This document shows positions 1-10,559 of a DNA stretch of 64,000 nucleotides, in pieces. The stretch comes from a virus. The notes below the pieces were generated by a model. That model saw nothing but the letters and a program-made list of their open reading frames with translations, was not told the origin of the DNA and did not search any database. A program made the position numbers and the translations under genes. Position 1 is the first letter of the stretch. Every line of letters starts with the position of its first letter. The stretch is from positions 18,012 through 82,011 of IMG/VR virus record IMGVR_UViG_3300046321_000098. The stretch is one strand, 5' to 3'.

Positions 1-13
1 ATCTATAAATTAT

Positions 14-40
14 AGCCTCCTCGTGAGGCTTTATTTTCAA
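14..40 (+). terminator. Intrinsic terminator-like hairpin upstream of the tape measure gene
   Basis: AGCCTC-CTCGT-GAGGCT followed by TTATTTT. Confidence 0.55.
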
Positions 41-84
41 ATATCAATCATCTGGTATTTCAAAATAATGACAGGATAAAAGAA

Positions 85-3000
85 ATGTTTGAACTCTCCT
101 CCCTAAAGTTTAACGTAAACACAGAAAAGCTCAAAGAAGCTATCGAGATGGTAGATGAATTAGGCACGTCTGTTAACAAACTTAAAACACCCCTAAAAGG
201 TTTAGAGACAGCGGCAACAACAGCAGGTGATGCTGTTGTTAAAGGAGCAGGTGCAGGGACAACCGCACTGCAGAAACAGACAAAACAAACGGACATGATG
301 GGTCACGCTGTAGAACGCTTTTATAAAGAGAAAGAAAAAGCAGCAAAAGCAGACGAGATTGTTCAGAAACGCAGTCAAAGTATTCTTGAGAAACAGGTAT
401 CCGTCCTCAGTATTATGGGCGACGGTTGGTCAAAAGGTCAAGCAGGTGTTCTTGCCGCAGCTCAGGCTGCTGGTATAGCTAACAATGAGTTTCAGAAACT
501 AAAAGACACACTGGCTTCCCAAAGAAGACTTGTTGGTGGTGATCCATTTGACAAAAGTGCAAGCGGTCTTGTTGGTTTGAAACAAGGTCTAGGAGAGGCT
601 CGTGAAGGCTACCGTCAACTCACAGTTTACGAAAAAGAATACGCAAGATTAAAAGCGGAGGGCAATGGTGTAGAGATGCGACTGGTTGCCCTTAATCGTA
701 AAGAAACTGACAGTCTGTATCGTGACAAGCAACGAATGATTGAGCAATACAAAATGCTCAAAACAGCTCAGTTTGACTCTAGCGACACTGCGATGATTGA
801 GAAGCAAAAGAACGCTTACAAGGACTTAGTATCTAATGTTAAGAACCTCGAAAATACATACAAAGAAGTAGCCACTGCCAAGCGCCCACTGGATAATATT
901 CGCACAGTTGATGCGACGAAACGCCGCGACCAGTTAAACTACATTGCTCGTGGCACTTCCGTACAATTAGGTGATATTGGTGTCTCACTAGCAGGTGGTC
1001 AGAATCCTATCACTGTAGCGATCCAACAATTTGACCAGTTGCGTAGTATTCTTGGTGGTGTTGGCAACGACACCAAGGCTATGCAGGAAGTGATGCAAAA
1101 TGCATTCACCCAAATTGTGCAGGGATTTGCATACGTTGCAACTGCAATGGGGCAGTTTGTTGTTGGTGCTGTTGTCAATACATCAAAGGCACTTCTAACA
1201 TTCGCAAGCGACATCACAGGTACAACCTATGTTTTAGCAACTTTACGCAAAGCCTTGGTTAGTCTTTCAGGTAGTGAAGCATCAGGTGTTGTTAAAACCT
1301 TTGACAGCATAGGTAAAGTTATTGTAGGAATCTCAGCTACACTCGTAGCATCACTCACCGTAGGTTTAATCGGCGTAGCCCTAGCCTACAAAGAAATCAT
1401 CCAGACATCTCAAGACCTCTCAGTAGCTCTTGCAATGTCAGGCGGTGCAATCGCCATCAACAAAGACGAAGCCTTAAAAATGTCAGCAGCACTGGCAAGT
1501 ACATCAGGCACGTCTATGCAAGTCGTAGGTGTTATCACTGAGATTGCTAAAGCAGGTAACTTAGGTAAAGACTCAATAGCTGGTATCACCAAAGCCTCTT
1601 TGGACTTGCAAAAGTACGGTGGTATTGCTGTTAAAGACACAGTGGCTTTGTACGCTAAATTAGCTGATGACCCTGTAAAGGGTTTGACTGAACTCGCCTT
1701 GAAAACAGGTGATGTATCTCAAGCGACTCTTGACCATATTGGAAAACTTGTTGCACAAGGCGACTCCGTTAATGCGGTGACATTAGCCATTGAAGAGATG
1801 AACCGTGTGAATGGTTTAGCTTCACAGCAAATGCTTGCTGATATGAGTCCATTAGAAGTGCTCTGGTCTGAAATGAAAGGTCAATTAACCTCTTTGAAAG
1901 AAGAGTTTTACGCGATAGCAGGTTCATCTGAACTTGTTAACGTCTTTGCAACAGCTTGGAGAACTGTTTCTGTAATGGTGTCCGAAGTTTGGTTTGTAAT
2001 TAAAGGTGTAGGTAAAGAGATAGGCGGTTTAGCTGCACAATTAGGTGCTCTTGCATCTGGAGATTTCAAAGGCGCTTCCAACATCAGAGGCATGATGGTA
2101 GAGGACGCTAAAGCAGCAAGAACGGCACAAGATGCGTTAACTAAATCTATTGTAGAAGGAACAAGTTCAAGGTCTAGTGCAGAAAAGCAGTACATCAACG
2201 TAATGCAAGCTGGTGCTATTGTTCGCCGTGAAATGACTGAAGCTGATAAAGCTCAGAATATCGCAGGAATCAAAGCAGGAGAATCTTTAAAGAAAGAAGC
2301 TGAAAAATACAACAACGTATCTAACCTAGATGGTGCAGGACGTGAAAAAGCTAAACAAGCGGCAATAGATAAAGTGCGTAAGTTAACCGTAGAAAGTATG
2401 AAAGCTCATGGTGCTGATGTTGTAGCCATTGAGAAAAAATTAGCTGAAACTACAGCAAACATTGAGGAGCAGTACAAGCCTAAGAAAGAAAAGTCCAATT
2501 CGTCAGGTATTAACGACTCAATTAAAGCAGAACAAAAGACAATTGAGGATGCCCGTAAAGGTATTCAGCGAAGTGCAAACATGCAAATGGACGCACTTAA
2601 CAGCTTGCACAAACGTGAGTTAGTTAATGATGTTGATTTCTTTAATCAGAAGTTCCTGATTGAAAAAGAAAGCATCGACAACTCCATTGATCTACTCAAG
2701 CAAGAGCAATCTATTGCAAGCAAGAAAAAGAATAGCCTAGCAGAAGTACAAGCCTTCCAAGGCAAGATAAGGGACGAGCAGGATAAGCTCAAGGACAAAG
2801 AATTAGAACGTAACTATGCCTTGCTGGACTTACAAGACAAGCTCGCTAAGGCTAGTATCAAAGCGTCCTTGACTGAAATAACAGCACTGCAAGAAAAGAA
2901 CAAAGCTCAAAAGTTAGACAACGAATTGATCGGTTTAACTATTCAAGAGACTCAAGCCTTGAAAGCAGTAAGAGCAGACAGTGTTATTGCTTTACAAGCA

Positions 3001-5739
3001 GAGCATGTTGCTTATATGGAAAAGTACGGTTTGTCTGAATCAAGTGCAACAGCTTATGAGCTTGAGAAGCAAAAGCTGAACGCACTCAGAGAAGCACGTA
3101 ACCTTGACACTGATGCAATCGCTCGTCACACAGAAGCAGAGCGTAAGAAGTTGAATGAAACTGTCAACGAAGGCTTTAGAAAAGATGGGTTAAATCTTGA
3201 AGATGCTCAAGCTGAGTTGAACTTTAGAGAGTCTTTGATTGGAACCTACGGTGTTCAAAAAGAAGAGGCTAAACAAGCCTACGAACTTGAGAAGCAGATG
3301 CTGCAAGTTAACCGCAAGCAGACCGAGGATTTAATCAGTGTTAGAAAACAGTACAACGCTTTATTAACCAACAACCCAGAGCAGAATAGTAAGACACTTA
3401 GTGATTTAGCTGCTGTTGAAGCAGTTATCAATTCCAACGCTGAAAAACAAATCCAACAGATTCAAAAGGGTGCGAAGATTGCACAGAAGGAACTATTGGA
3501 TGGTAAATTTGACAAGGTAGCAGAGGGTCTAGCGGATGCCTTGGTAACAGGTATGACTAAGGGGGCTAAAGCGGGTCGTAAAAAGTTACGTGACCTGATT
3601 GTTGCAGAACTTGAAAAGACAATTACTCTTTCTATTACAGCAAACATCAAGGGGTTGCTTGGTGGGGGGCAAGGTGGTGGATTGCTGGATAGTTTATTTG
3701 GTAAGGTCACTGACAGTCTTTTCTCAAAAGGTGCGGATTTACTTGGAGGCTTGTTTGGTAGCAGCGGAGCGGCAGGAGCGTTTGGTGCTTCGTCAACTTT
3801 TGGTGTAGCTACTGGTACAATAGGTACTGGTGGCTTGAGCGCGGCTGGTGGTACTGGTGCGGCGGCACTGGCTGAACTGAGCACAGGCATTGCTGGATTA
3901 GGAACAGCGGCAACCACAACCGCTGCCGCTGCAGCATCTGGAGCAGTAGCTACAGGCGGTTTAGGTGCTTCTATTTTAGGAGCAATTCCTGGCGTTGGCT
4001 GGTTAGCACTAGGTATTGGGGCTTTGATAGGAATTTTCGGCTCTGGAAAAGATAAGATTCCTACGGTATTAAACGACCTAGCTTTATTTAATAACTCTCT
4101 TATTGGCTTACCTTTTCTTGAACTTGCGATAGGCAGTGATGAGGCGGCACAAGGCTTGCGTGATGTGATGTATGGTTTAGAGAACTCATCCCCTACCATG
4201 CGTAAACTTGCTGGTGAAACTTTAAGTCTAAGTGTCGAGTTGCTAAGAGCGACTGGAGATATTGCAGGTGCTGCAAATCTAGCTAGAAACATTGGTACAA
4301 GGGGAATGTCTGAAAAAGAAATTGCTGTATATGACTACAACGAGAAACTACGCAGTCAAATCGAAGCAGCAAGAGCAGGTGCAAGTGCAGCCCAAGCAGC
4401 AGCCCAAGCTGAAGAGCAGTTAGCTAAGACTCGTTGGGATTTAGCGGGTAAGTTGAACATCCTCCTAGGGCGTACAACACAGAAGGAGTTTGACCGTGCT
4501 ACACAGTTAGCTGGTACAACAGATGCTGCATCTCTTAGTATGTTGAATTTAATCTTTCAAATGGAAGACCTGCATTTAGCGGTAGATGCCGCCTACGGTG
4601 TGCTTGAAAGAAGTGTAGCTGCTGAACGTAAACTTGGTGAAGTGCGTTTAAAGGCTGCTACAGACCTCCAAACATTGCTTAAAGCATCGAAAACAGCTAA
4701 CACTGTAGAAGTATCTAGGAAAGCAGCCCAAGCGCAGTTAAGTATGTTCTTGGCAGTGGCTAAGGCAAGTGGCTTCTTGCCATCTGCGGAAACGTTAAAA
4801 CCTTTGCTAGATTCAATTGGCAAACCTTCCGAGGACTTGTTTAGTACTTTTGAGGATTATCAAAGAGACTTCCTAAAGACTTCTAGGAATATTGCAGAAA
4901 TGTCTGGACTAGCAGATAAGCAAGTGACAATGGAGCAAAAAACTCTTGACGCTTTAGATGCACAACTAGCGAATGCTAAGGCACAGTTAGACGCGCTGAA
5001 AGGTGTAGATAATTCAGTCAAGGATGTTTCAACAGCTGTTAATGATTTTAGTGCAGTAATGCAAGCTTTATCTGCCGCGCAGAGTTCAGCCGCAACCTTT
5101 AGTTACCCTGCTCCGTCCTCTGGCGGCGGAGGTGGCGGTAGTTCAGGTTCTGGTGGTTCATCCTCTGCAGCATCTACACCTACGTTTGAAGATATTATCG
5201 GTCAAGATAATAAGGACATTGTTGACGCATACAGAGAGTACTACAACCGCAACCCTGATCCCACTGGCTACAAGGGGTTTTTGGATTCAAAACTAACTGG
5301 AGATAAGTTGTCACAAGCGATTTTAGGTGCTTCTGCATCTAATACAGCAAGTGCGGATTATCGTATGGCAGTCTCAAGGAGTTATGACCCGCTAGACCCT
5401 ATTAAGAAGTTTTGGAAAAGCAAAACCTCAACTAATACAGATATAGAGGGTTCATTCGCACAAGGTATTAATAGTGTGCCTTACGACATGACTGCACAGA
5501 TACACAAAGGTGAAAGAATTTTACCTGCTGCAGACAACACCGAACTGTTTGCAAGATTGCAAAGTCCTCAAGACAACGCTGTTGTTATGGCAGCAGCTAT
5601 TGCAAGATTAACAGAGGAAGTAAAGATGCTGAGAAGTGAAACACGTCAGGGTGTTGTTAATACAGGGAAAGCTGCAGAAAGTTTAAGAAATATGACAAAT
5701 GAAAATGGAACAGCTTTTAATGTTGTAATGGAAACATGA
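85..5739 (+). CDS. Tail tape measure protein
   Basis: 1884 aa, Ala/Lys/Glu-rich helical sequence; lambda-type TMP motif QLGDIGVSLAGGQNP; C-terminal FAQGINSVPYDMTAQIHKGERIL; precedes tail genes. Confidence 0.92.
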   Translation: MFELSSLKFNVNTEKLKEAIEMVDELGTSVNKLKTPLKGLETAATTAGDAVVKGAGAGTTALQKQTKQTDMMGHAVERFYKEKEKAAKADEIVQKRSQSILEKQVSVLSIMGDGWSKGQAGVLAAAQAAGIANNEFQKLKDTLASQRRLVGGDPFDKSASGLVGLKQGLGEAREGYRQLTVYEKEYARLKAEGNGVEMRLVALNRKETDSLYRDKQRMIEQYKMLKTAQFDSSDTAMIEKQKNAYKDLVSNVKNLENTYKEVATAKRPLDNIRTVDATKRRDQLNYIARGTSVQLGDIGVSLAGGQNPITVAIQQFDQLRSILGGVGNDTKAMQEVMQNAFTQIVQGFAYVATAMGQFVVGAVVNTSKALLTFASDITGTTYVLATLRKALVSLSGSEASGVVKTFDSIGKVIVGISATLVASLTVGLIGVALAYKEIIQTSQDLSVALAMSGGAIAINKDEALKMSAALASTSGTSMQVVGVITEIAKAGNLGKDSIAGITKASLDLQKYGGIAVKDTVALYAKLADDPVKGLTELALKTGDVSQATLDHIGKLVAQGDSVNAVTLAIEEMNRVNGLASQQMLADMSPLEVLWSEMKGQLTSLKEEFYAIAGSSELVNVFATAWRTVSVMVSEVWFVIKGVGKEIGGLAAQLGALASGDFKGASNIRGMMVEDAKAARTAQDALTKSIVEGTSSRSSAEKQYINVMQAGAIVRREMTEADKAQNIAGIKAGESLKKEAEKYNNVSNLDGAGREKAKQAAIDKVRKLTVESMKAHGADVVAIEKKLAETTANIEEQYKPKKEKSNSSGINDSIKAEQKTIEDARKGIQRSANMQMDALNSLHKRELVNDVDFFNQKFLIEKESIDNSIDLLKQEQSIASKKKNSLAEVQAFQGKIRDEQDKLKDKELERNYALLDLQDKLAKASIKASLTEITALQEKNKAQKLDNELIGLTIQETQALKAVRADSVIALQAEHVAYMEKYGLSESSATAYELEKQKLNALREARNLDTDAIARHTEAERKKLNETVNEGFRKDGLNLEDAQAELNFRESLIGTYGVQKEEAKQAYELEKQMLQVNRKQTEDLISVRKQYNALLTNNPEQNSKTLSDLAAVEAVINSNAEKQIQQIQKGAKIAQKELLDGKFDKVAEGLADALVTGMTKGAKAGRKKLRDLIVAELEKTITLSITANIKGLLGGGQGGGLLDSLFGKVTDSLFSKGADLLGGLFGSSGAAGAFGASSTFGVATGTIGTGGLSAAGGTGAAALAELSTGIAGLGTAATTTAAAAASGAVATGGLGASILGAIPGVGWLALGIGALIGIFGSGKDKIPTVLNDLALFNNSLIGLPFLELAIGSDEAAQGLRDVMYGLENSSPTMRKLAGETLSLSVELLRATGDIAGAANLARNIGTRGMSEKEIAVYDYNEKLRSQIEAARAGASAAQAAAQAEEQLAKTRWDLAGKLNILLGRTTQKEFDRATQLAGTTDAASLSMLNLIFQMEDLHLAVDAAYGVLERSVAAERKLGEVRLKAATDLQTLLKASKTANTVEVSRKAAQAQLSMFLAVAKASGFLPSAETLKPLLDSIGKPSEDLFSTFEDYQRDFLKTSRNIAEMSGLADKQVTMEQKTLDALDAQLANAKAQLDALKGVDNSVKDVSTAVNDFSAVMQALSAAQSSAATFSYPAPSSGGGGGGSSGSGGSSSAASTPTFEDIIGQDNKDIVDAYREYYNRNPDPTGYKGFLDSKLTGDKLSQAILGASASNTASADYRMAVSRSYDPLDPIKKFWKSKTSTNTDIEGSFAQGINSVPYDMTAQIHKGERILPAADNTELFARLQSPQDNAVVMAAAIARLTEEVKMLRSETRQGVVNTGKAAESLRNMTNENGTAFNVVMET

Positions 5740-7154
5740 GTAACAATGTAAAAATTATTAAACCGATAACTGTAACTAATTCAATGATAGTTAGTACAAA
5801 TCTTTTTGATACTCCTTTAAATGGTTGGTACTCTGGAGGTACATATAACACAGGGGATTATGTAAGTATTCCAGAAGATGGGGGCTACTCTTTCTACAAG
5901 TCCCTTCAGAATAGTAATACTAATCATCCACCAAGCACTTCTCCGACTTGGTGGGTTTTCAGTAACTTTAATTATTCGACTTATGTACAAGGTGCAGGGT
6001 ATGCTCTTGGCGCACGAGTATTAGACCCAGTAACTAACTACGTTTACGAGAGTCTAACAGCAAATAATAATGGCGTACTAGACCCAGTTGCTACACCTCC
6101 TTGGTTAAACATTGGGGTAAATGCTTCTATATTGCCAGCTTTTTGGCTTCCTAGCACTACTTACGCACTAGGGGAGAAGATATTGTATATACAAAGCACC
6201 CTTGGTGGAACTTTTGGACAACCTGACACAATTGTTCGTCAAATTGTCTACACTTCTCTTCAAGCGGGAAATATCGGTAACGACCCCTTCACGACACCAG
6301 CTTTTTGGGCTACAGATGTAACTTACCCTGTACCTTGGTTAAGTAGTGTTAATTATGTAAGTCAAAGAGTTGTATACACTCCAGACGGAAACCTTTGGCA
6401 GACTCCGTTTGGATGTAGGGGGATATTGCCAGCTGCTGAATATCCAGTTAACTGGTTTAAAGTTAAACCTAATAACCGTACCGCTATGTTCGATGACTTA
6501 AGCTCATCAGGCACTGAAGCTAATAAGCAAATACTGGTGACAGTGGCAAGCGGTGTAGTTACATCTATCGGTTTAGTTGCTGTTAACGCCGATGTAGCAA
6601 AAATAACGGTAAGAGACGGTTTAGCTGGTGCTATTGTATTTCAGAAAACAATAGGTTTATCTGGGGGCAATGCTTCAAATGGGTGGGATTATTATTTTAG
6701 TGACCCAACAATAAGAAAAAGACAAGCATACATAAGTGGGATACCTCCTTATCTAAATTCCCATGTGACTTTAGAATTGACTGGAACAGGTGCTATTAGT
6801 ATTGGGAATTTCATTCTAGGTGTCACAAAAGAGCTAGGTCTACCAGAGTACGGCGTAACTTCTGAAATCCTAGATTTTAGCAAAAAAACGACAGATGATT
6901 TTGGTAGAACAACCTTTGTCAGACGAGGTTTTAAAAGAACAATGGATTGTAACATGTTCATTGAGAAATCTCAGTTATCTAGGATAGAGAATTTACTAGA
7001 GGATGTTCGCTCTACTCCAATTTTAGTTATTGCATCAGAAGACCCTGCTTACTCTGAGACAGCTATTCGATACTGCTTCTATAAATCATTTAGAACAGAA
7101 ATAAACTACCCTACATTTTCATTTTGTAGTATTCAATTTGAAGGATTAATTTAA
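5736..7154 (+). CDS. Tail protein (distal-tail-like) with about four W/Y-rich carbohydrate-binding-like repeats
   Basis: Follows the TMP with ATGA overlap; repeats WYSGGTYNTGDYV, YVQGAGYALGARV, WLPSTTYALGEKI, WLSSVNYVSQRVV. Confidence 0.65.
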   Translation: MSNNVKIIKPITVTNSMIVSTNLFDTPLNGWYSGGTYNTGDYVSIPEDGGYSFYKSLQNSNTNHPPSTSPTWWVFSNFNYSTYVQGAGYALGARVLDPVTNYVYESLTANNNGVLDPVATPPWLNIGVNASILPAFWLPSTTYALGEKILYIQSTLGGTFGQPDTIVRQIVYTSLQAGNIGNDPFTTPAFWATDVTYPVPWLSSVNYVSQRVVYTPDGNLWQTPFGCRGILPAAEYPVNWFKVKPNNRTAMFDDLSSSGTEANKQILVTVASGVVTSIGLVAVNADVAKITVRDGLAGAIVFQKTIGLSGGNASNGWDYYFSDPTIRKRQAYISGIPPYLNSHVTLELTGTGAISIGNFILGVTKELGLPEYGVTSEILDFSKKTTDDFGRTTFVRRGFKRTMDCNMFIEKSQLSRIENLLEDVRSTPILVIASEDPAYSETAIRYCFYKSFRTEINYPTFSFCSIQFEGLI

Positions 7155-7155
7155 T

Positions 7156-8514
7156 ATGACACTCGCAACTTACACAGGTAATATACCAAATCGCTTAACA
7201 GGAGCTGACACTTTTAGTTCTGACGTGGATTATTATCATGCTTATTTTACACCGTTTATTGCTCAATTTAACGCTGATGTGGCAGCTCTGAATTTAAACT
7301 CCGTTATTGACACAAGTGCTTCAAGTGTCTTAATTGGTACAGGAACAAAGAGTTTCACAGTCAGCCTCAATAAAAGTTTTCAAGCTGGACAGTTTCTAAT
7401 TTTTGCTGACAGTGCCGCGCCTTCGACTAACAGCATGGTTGTACAAGTTACTAGCTATAATACAAGCTCTGGTGCTATTGTAGTTAACTCCCTTTCTGTG
7501 TATGGCTCAGGGACAAAGACTGCATGGGTAATATCTCTTACTGGAGCACCTGCACAATTACCAAGTGGTCAAGCTGGACGAGCTGCGCTAGATATTAAAC
7601 AGCAAGAGAGTGTTGATTATTCTTTTGCTTCAGGTTCGTTAACATTAAAACTAAACCCAACCAATCTCGATTTTAGATCCACTACAACTTCTAGTGGTGT
7701 ACCTGTTAATATTGTCGCAGCCGGTCAATTAACGACAGTAATTAGTTCAGGTTCTACTGCAGGAATGGTATCAGGTGTATCAGGGGATATTTTATTACTC
7801 GCTATTAATAATGCGGGGACTATGGAGTTAGCTTGGAGCAACACAGTAAACCCTTTTATTTTTGACGAGACTAGCTTAATCAACACTGTTGCCGAAGGAG
7901 GAGCAGGCGCTGCAGATTCAGCTTCTACAATATACTCTACAACAGCTAGAACAGGGGTAGCTTATAGGGTTGTAGGTTTATTTAGAAGCACTCAAACAAC
8001 TGCAGGTACTTGGGCGCAGACTCCTACGCTTGTACAAGGCGCAGGGTTTGCAACACTAGGTATATTCAATAAAAGAAGTCTAGTAGATATACCCTTACCA
8101 GCTTTTAGCGCTTACGCTAACACTAACCAATCTGTTGCTACAAGCACTTTCACAAAAGTGCAGCTACAAGTTAAAGAGTACGACACTTCCAACAGTTTTG
8201 ATAATACATCGTTATACAGGTTTACACCACAAGTTGCAGGATATTATCAAGTTAATGGCGGCACTAACTATGTATTACCTGCTGCTAGTATGCTTTGTGT
8301 TCTTTACAAGAATGGTGTTATTTATAAACGTGGAACTCAAAGTGGTTCTGCAGCTTCTGCAGGCTACGGGTCAACAGTTCACTCCTTAATCTACTTAAAT
8401 GGCACATCGGATTATATTGAATTGTACACTTATCAAGCCTCTGGAGGCACAATAGGCACACTTGGAACTATAGATGGAACTTATTTCAACGGTGTTTTGT
8501 TAAAGGCAGGTTAA
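7156..8514 (+). CDS. Tail fibre / receptor-binding protein with C1q-like C-terminal domain
   Basis: Ser/Thr/Gly-rich; C-terminal AFSAY...RFTPQVAGYYQV...IYLNGTSDYIELY...YFNG. Confidence 0.7.
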   Translation: MTLATYTGNIPNRLTGADTFSSDVDYYHAYFTPFIAQFNADVAALNLNSVIDTSASSVLIGTGTKSFTVSLNKSFQAGQFLIFADSAAPSTNSMVVQVTSYNTSSGAIVVNSLSVYGSGTKTAWVISLTGAPAQLPSGQAGRAALDIKQQESVDYSFASGSLTLKLNPTNLDFRSTTTSSGVPVNIVAAGQLTTVISSGSTAGMVSGVSGDILLLAINNAGTMELAWSNTVNPFIFDETSLINTVAEGGAGAADSASTIYSTTARTGVAYRVVGLFRSTQTTAGTWAQTPTLVQGAGFATLGIFNKRSLVDIPLPAFSAYANTNQSVATSTFTKVQLQVKEYDTSNSFDNTSLYRFTPQVAGYYQVNGGTNYVLPAASMLCVLYKNGVIYKRGTQSGSAASAGYGSTVHSLIYLNGTSDYIELYTYQASGGTIGTLGTIDGTYFNGVLLKAG

Positions 8515-8973
8515 ATGTTAGATACTATTCTATTTCTTTATCCGAGTGCTATACCATTAACTGATTTTATATTGGAAGACTCAGGGAACGGTGTAGAAAT
8601 AAAAAACTGGAATACAGGTAAACTAGGTGATACTCCTGCTCTAGCTACTTTAGCCTCTACAATAGTACCACCCAAGACACAAGCGGAGTTAGACTATCTT
8701 CGCTATGTTAAACGCAGCCAAGCTAAGGATAAAATACTAGACGAGTTTGCTGCAGAAAACATGGGACGCATTAGGGCAGGTACTTGGACTGTTCCTAATC
8801 TAATTGCCTTGACGCAAGATGCTCAGTTGACAACCCTTCTCAGTAATATTAATACACTAAGTTTTGAGTTAGCAATTAGTTCTGTTCAGTCTTTAACAAA
8901 CCCCTTAATCACCCCTGTCATTAAAACATCTTGGATTTCAAAACTCCAAGCTAACTTGTTCTTAACACCATGA
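8515..8973 (+). CDS. Tail fibre-associated protein (XkdW-like N-terminus)
   Basis: Follows the fibre gene; ILFLYP...DFILEDSGNG.EIKNWN. Confidence 0.45.
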   Translation: MLDTILFLYPSAIPLTDFILEDSGNGVEIKNWNTGKLGDTPALATLASTIVPPKTQAELDYLRYVKRSQAKDKILDEFAAENMGRIRAGTWTVPNLIALTQDAQLTTLLSNINTLSFELAISSVQSLTNPLITPVIKTSWISKLQANLFLTP

Positions 8974-9410
8974 AAATCGGATTTAAAAAGGGGCATAAAT
9001 TCTATAGCCCAATTGTAAGAACCTTTACTACTTCACAATGGTCACATGCTGCTGTGTGGATTGGTGATAACCTTTATGAGTCTACGGCTTTAAAAGGTGA
9101 TAAATACAAATCTGGTGTGAGGTGCTACCCAATTTCACAAGAAATTAGTGATGAGTATGAGTGGTTTGATTGTAATGTTCCTGATAAGCTAGCACTTGAA
9201 AGGTTTAATCAAATTAGCGGCTGCTCCTACGACTACTTCAGTTTACTCTCTTTCTTGACTTTAAAAGTACGAGATTCTAAGCGGTATTATTGCTATGAAT
9301 TAGTTTTGTACATGATGACAGGAAATGTAAATGAAAGAGCAACAGGTGAAGTCTTATTAACCCATCTTGCAAGACTTCAGAAAGCACAAAATGGAACAAA
9401 CATTATTTGA
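8970..9410 (+). CDS. Permuted papain-like NlpC/P60 (YiiX/YaeF-like) protein
   Basis: WSHAAV ... YDYFSLL ... YYCYELV, His-before-Cys motif order. Confidence 0.7.
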   Translation: MKIGFKKGHKFYSPIVRTFTTSQWSHAAVWIGDNLYESTALKGDKYKSGVRCYPISQEISDEYEWFDCNVPDKLALERFNQISGCSYDYFSLLSFLTLKVRDSKRYYCYELVLYMMTGNVNERATGEVLLTHLARLQKAQNGTNII

Positions 9411-9582
9411 AAAATACCTTGCGAGAGAGTATACACAGACTACAGGGGTAATCATTCTGGGTTTTGTATCTTTGTGGTTGGGCTTTCTTGAGTCCACAGC
9501 ATTGGTAACACTGGTTGGGCTTGCCCTTGGTGTGTATGGCGCTAGTAAATATGCCGAAAAGAAATTGGAGTTAGAAAAATGA
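9391..9582 (+). CDS. Small two-TM membrane protein (holin/antiholin candidate)
   Basis: Two hydrophobic segments; located in the lysis cassette. Confidence 0.5.
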   Translation: MEQTLFEKYLAREYTQTTGVIILGFVSLWLGFLESTALVTLVGLALGVYGASKYAEKKLELEK

Positions 9583-9782
9583 AATTAGAAATCAAAGAGG
9601 TGTTTTGGTTAACTGTCGTGATAACAGGTTTACTGTTCTTTACAGGAATAGCTGTTGTGCCATTCACGACGAGTTTAACCACAGACCCCTACACACAGAA
9701 CATTATGTACGCGATTGGGAGGTTACCTGTAGTGTTTACTGCTATTTATTTTTATTTGAGTCTATTAGGGGAAAAGCGATGA
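9579..9782 (+). CDS. Small two-TM membrane protein
   Basis: Two hydrophobic segments; GGAG RBS. Confidence 0.5.
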   Translation: MKLEIKEVFWLTVVITGLLFFTGIAVVPFTTSLTTDPYTQNIMYAIGRLPVVFTAIYFYLSLLGEKR

Positions 9783-10042
9783 ATGAAACAGGGTATGAAC
9801 TGTTTGGTTTTAAGGTGTCAATGACTGGAGGTATTACTTGGTTTGCTTCAATGATGCAGGGAATTGATTTAACACAGGTACTTGGTTTTGTGGCTTTAGT
9901 GGTAGGTGTGTTTATCCAAATCGTTTCACACATTAGGAATAAGAAAGCAGATGAACGTGCGAAGCAGCAACACACCCTTGAGATGAAATTGTTAACTAAG
10001 CAACTGGAAGAACTGGAGGAGAAGGATGGACGCGAATCGTAA
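9779..10042 (+). CDS. Putative holin
   Basis: Start at MNETGY; TM segment followed by a charged tail; directly upstream of the endolysin. Confidence 0.6.
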   Translation: MNETGYELFGFKVSMTGGITWFASMMQGIDLTQVLGFVALVVGVFIQIVSHIRNKKADERAKQQHTLEMKLLTKQLEELEEKDGRES

Positions 10043-10559
10043 GTCGATAGCAGCACTGACCATTACTGCTGCTCTTCTGTTGGGCGTTTCTCAGCACGAA
10101 GGGTTTAGGGATACCGCTTACATTCCAATCAAAGGTGATGTACCGACTATTGGTTTTGGTAGTACCGTTCACCCTGATGGGACTCCTGTAAAACTTGGCG
10201 ACACAATCTCAAGAAAGACAGCGGAGTCTTACCTGAAGGGTGATTTAGATAAGTTCAAGGTGGGGTTAATGAAATGCGTTAAAGCACCGTTGTACGAGAA
10301 TGAGTTCAATGCTTATATGGAGTTAACCTACAACATCGGAGCGAGTGCTTTCTGTAATAGCTCTATTCCTCGTAAGTTAAATACGGGGCAGTACGAAGAA
10401 GCTTGTAAGACAATTTTACAGTTCAATAAGATGAGGGACACCTCTAAACCGATGGTGCGAAATGCTCAGGGTAAGATGGTTTATCAACTGAAAGTCATTA
10501 AAGGTCTTGACAATCGCCGCAAGAGTGAACACCGTGAATGCATAGGAGGGTCTGTATGA
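10026..10559 (+). CDS. Endolysin, GH24 phage lysozyme, SAR-type
   Basis: HEGFRDTAY...DVPTIGFGST (E-D-T triad), YNIG, GLDNRR; hydrophobic N-terminal segment. Confidence 0.92.
   Translation: MDANRKSIAALTITAALLLGVSQHEGFRDTAYIPIKGDVPTIGFGSTVHPDGTPVKLGDTISRKTAESYLKGDLDKFKVGLMKCVKAPLYENEFNAYMELTYNIGASAFCNSSIPRKLNTGQYEEACKTILQFNKMRDTSKPMVRNAQGKMVYQLKVIKGLDNRRKSEHRECIGGSV

Noticed and set aside
3462-4292. 276-aa minus-strand ORF and other antisense ORFs inside large genes
   Set aside because: Shadow frames of Gly/Ala-rich or well-supported plus-strand genes; no RBS or motifs.
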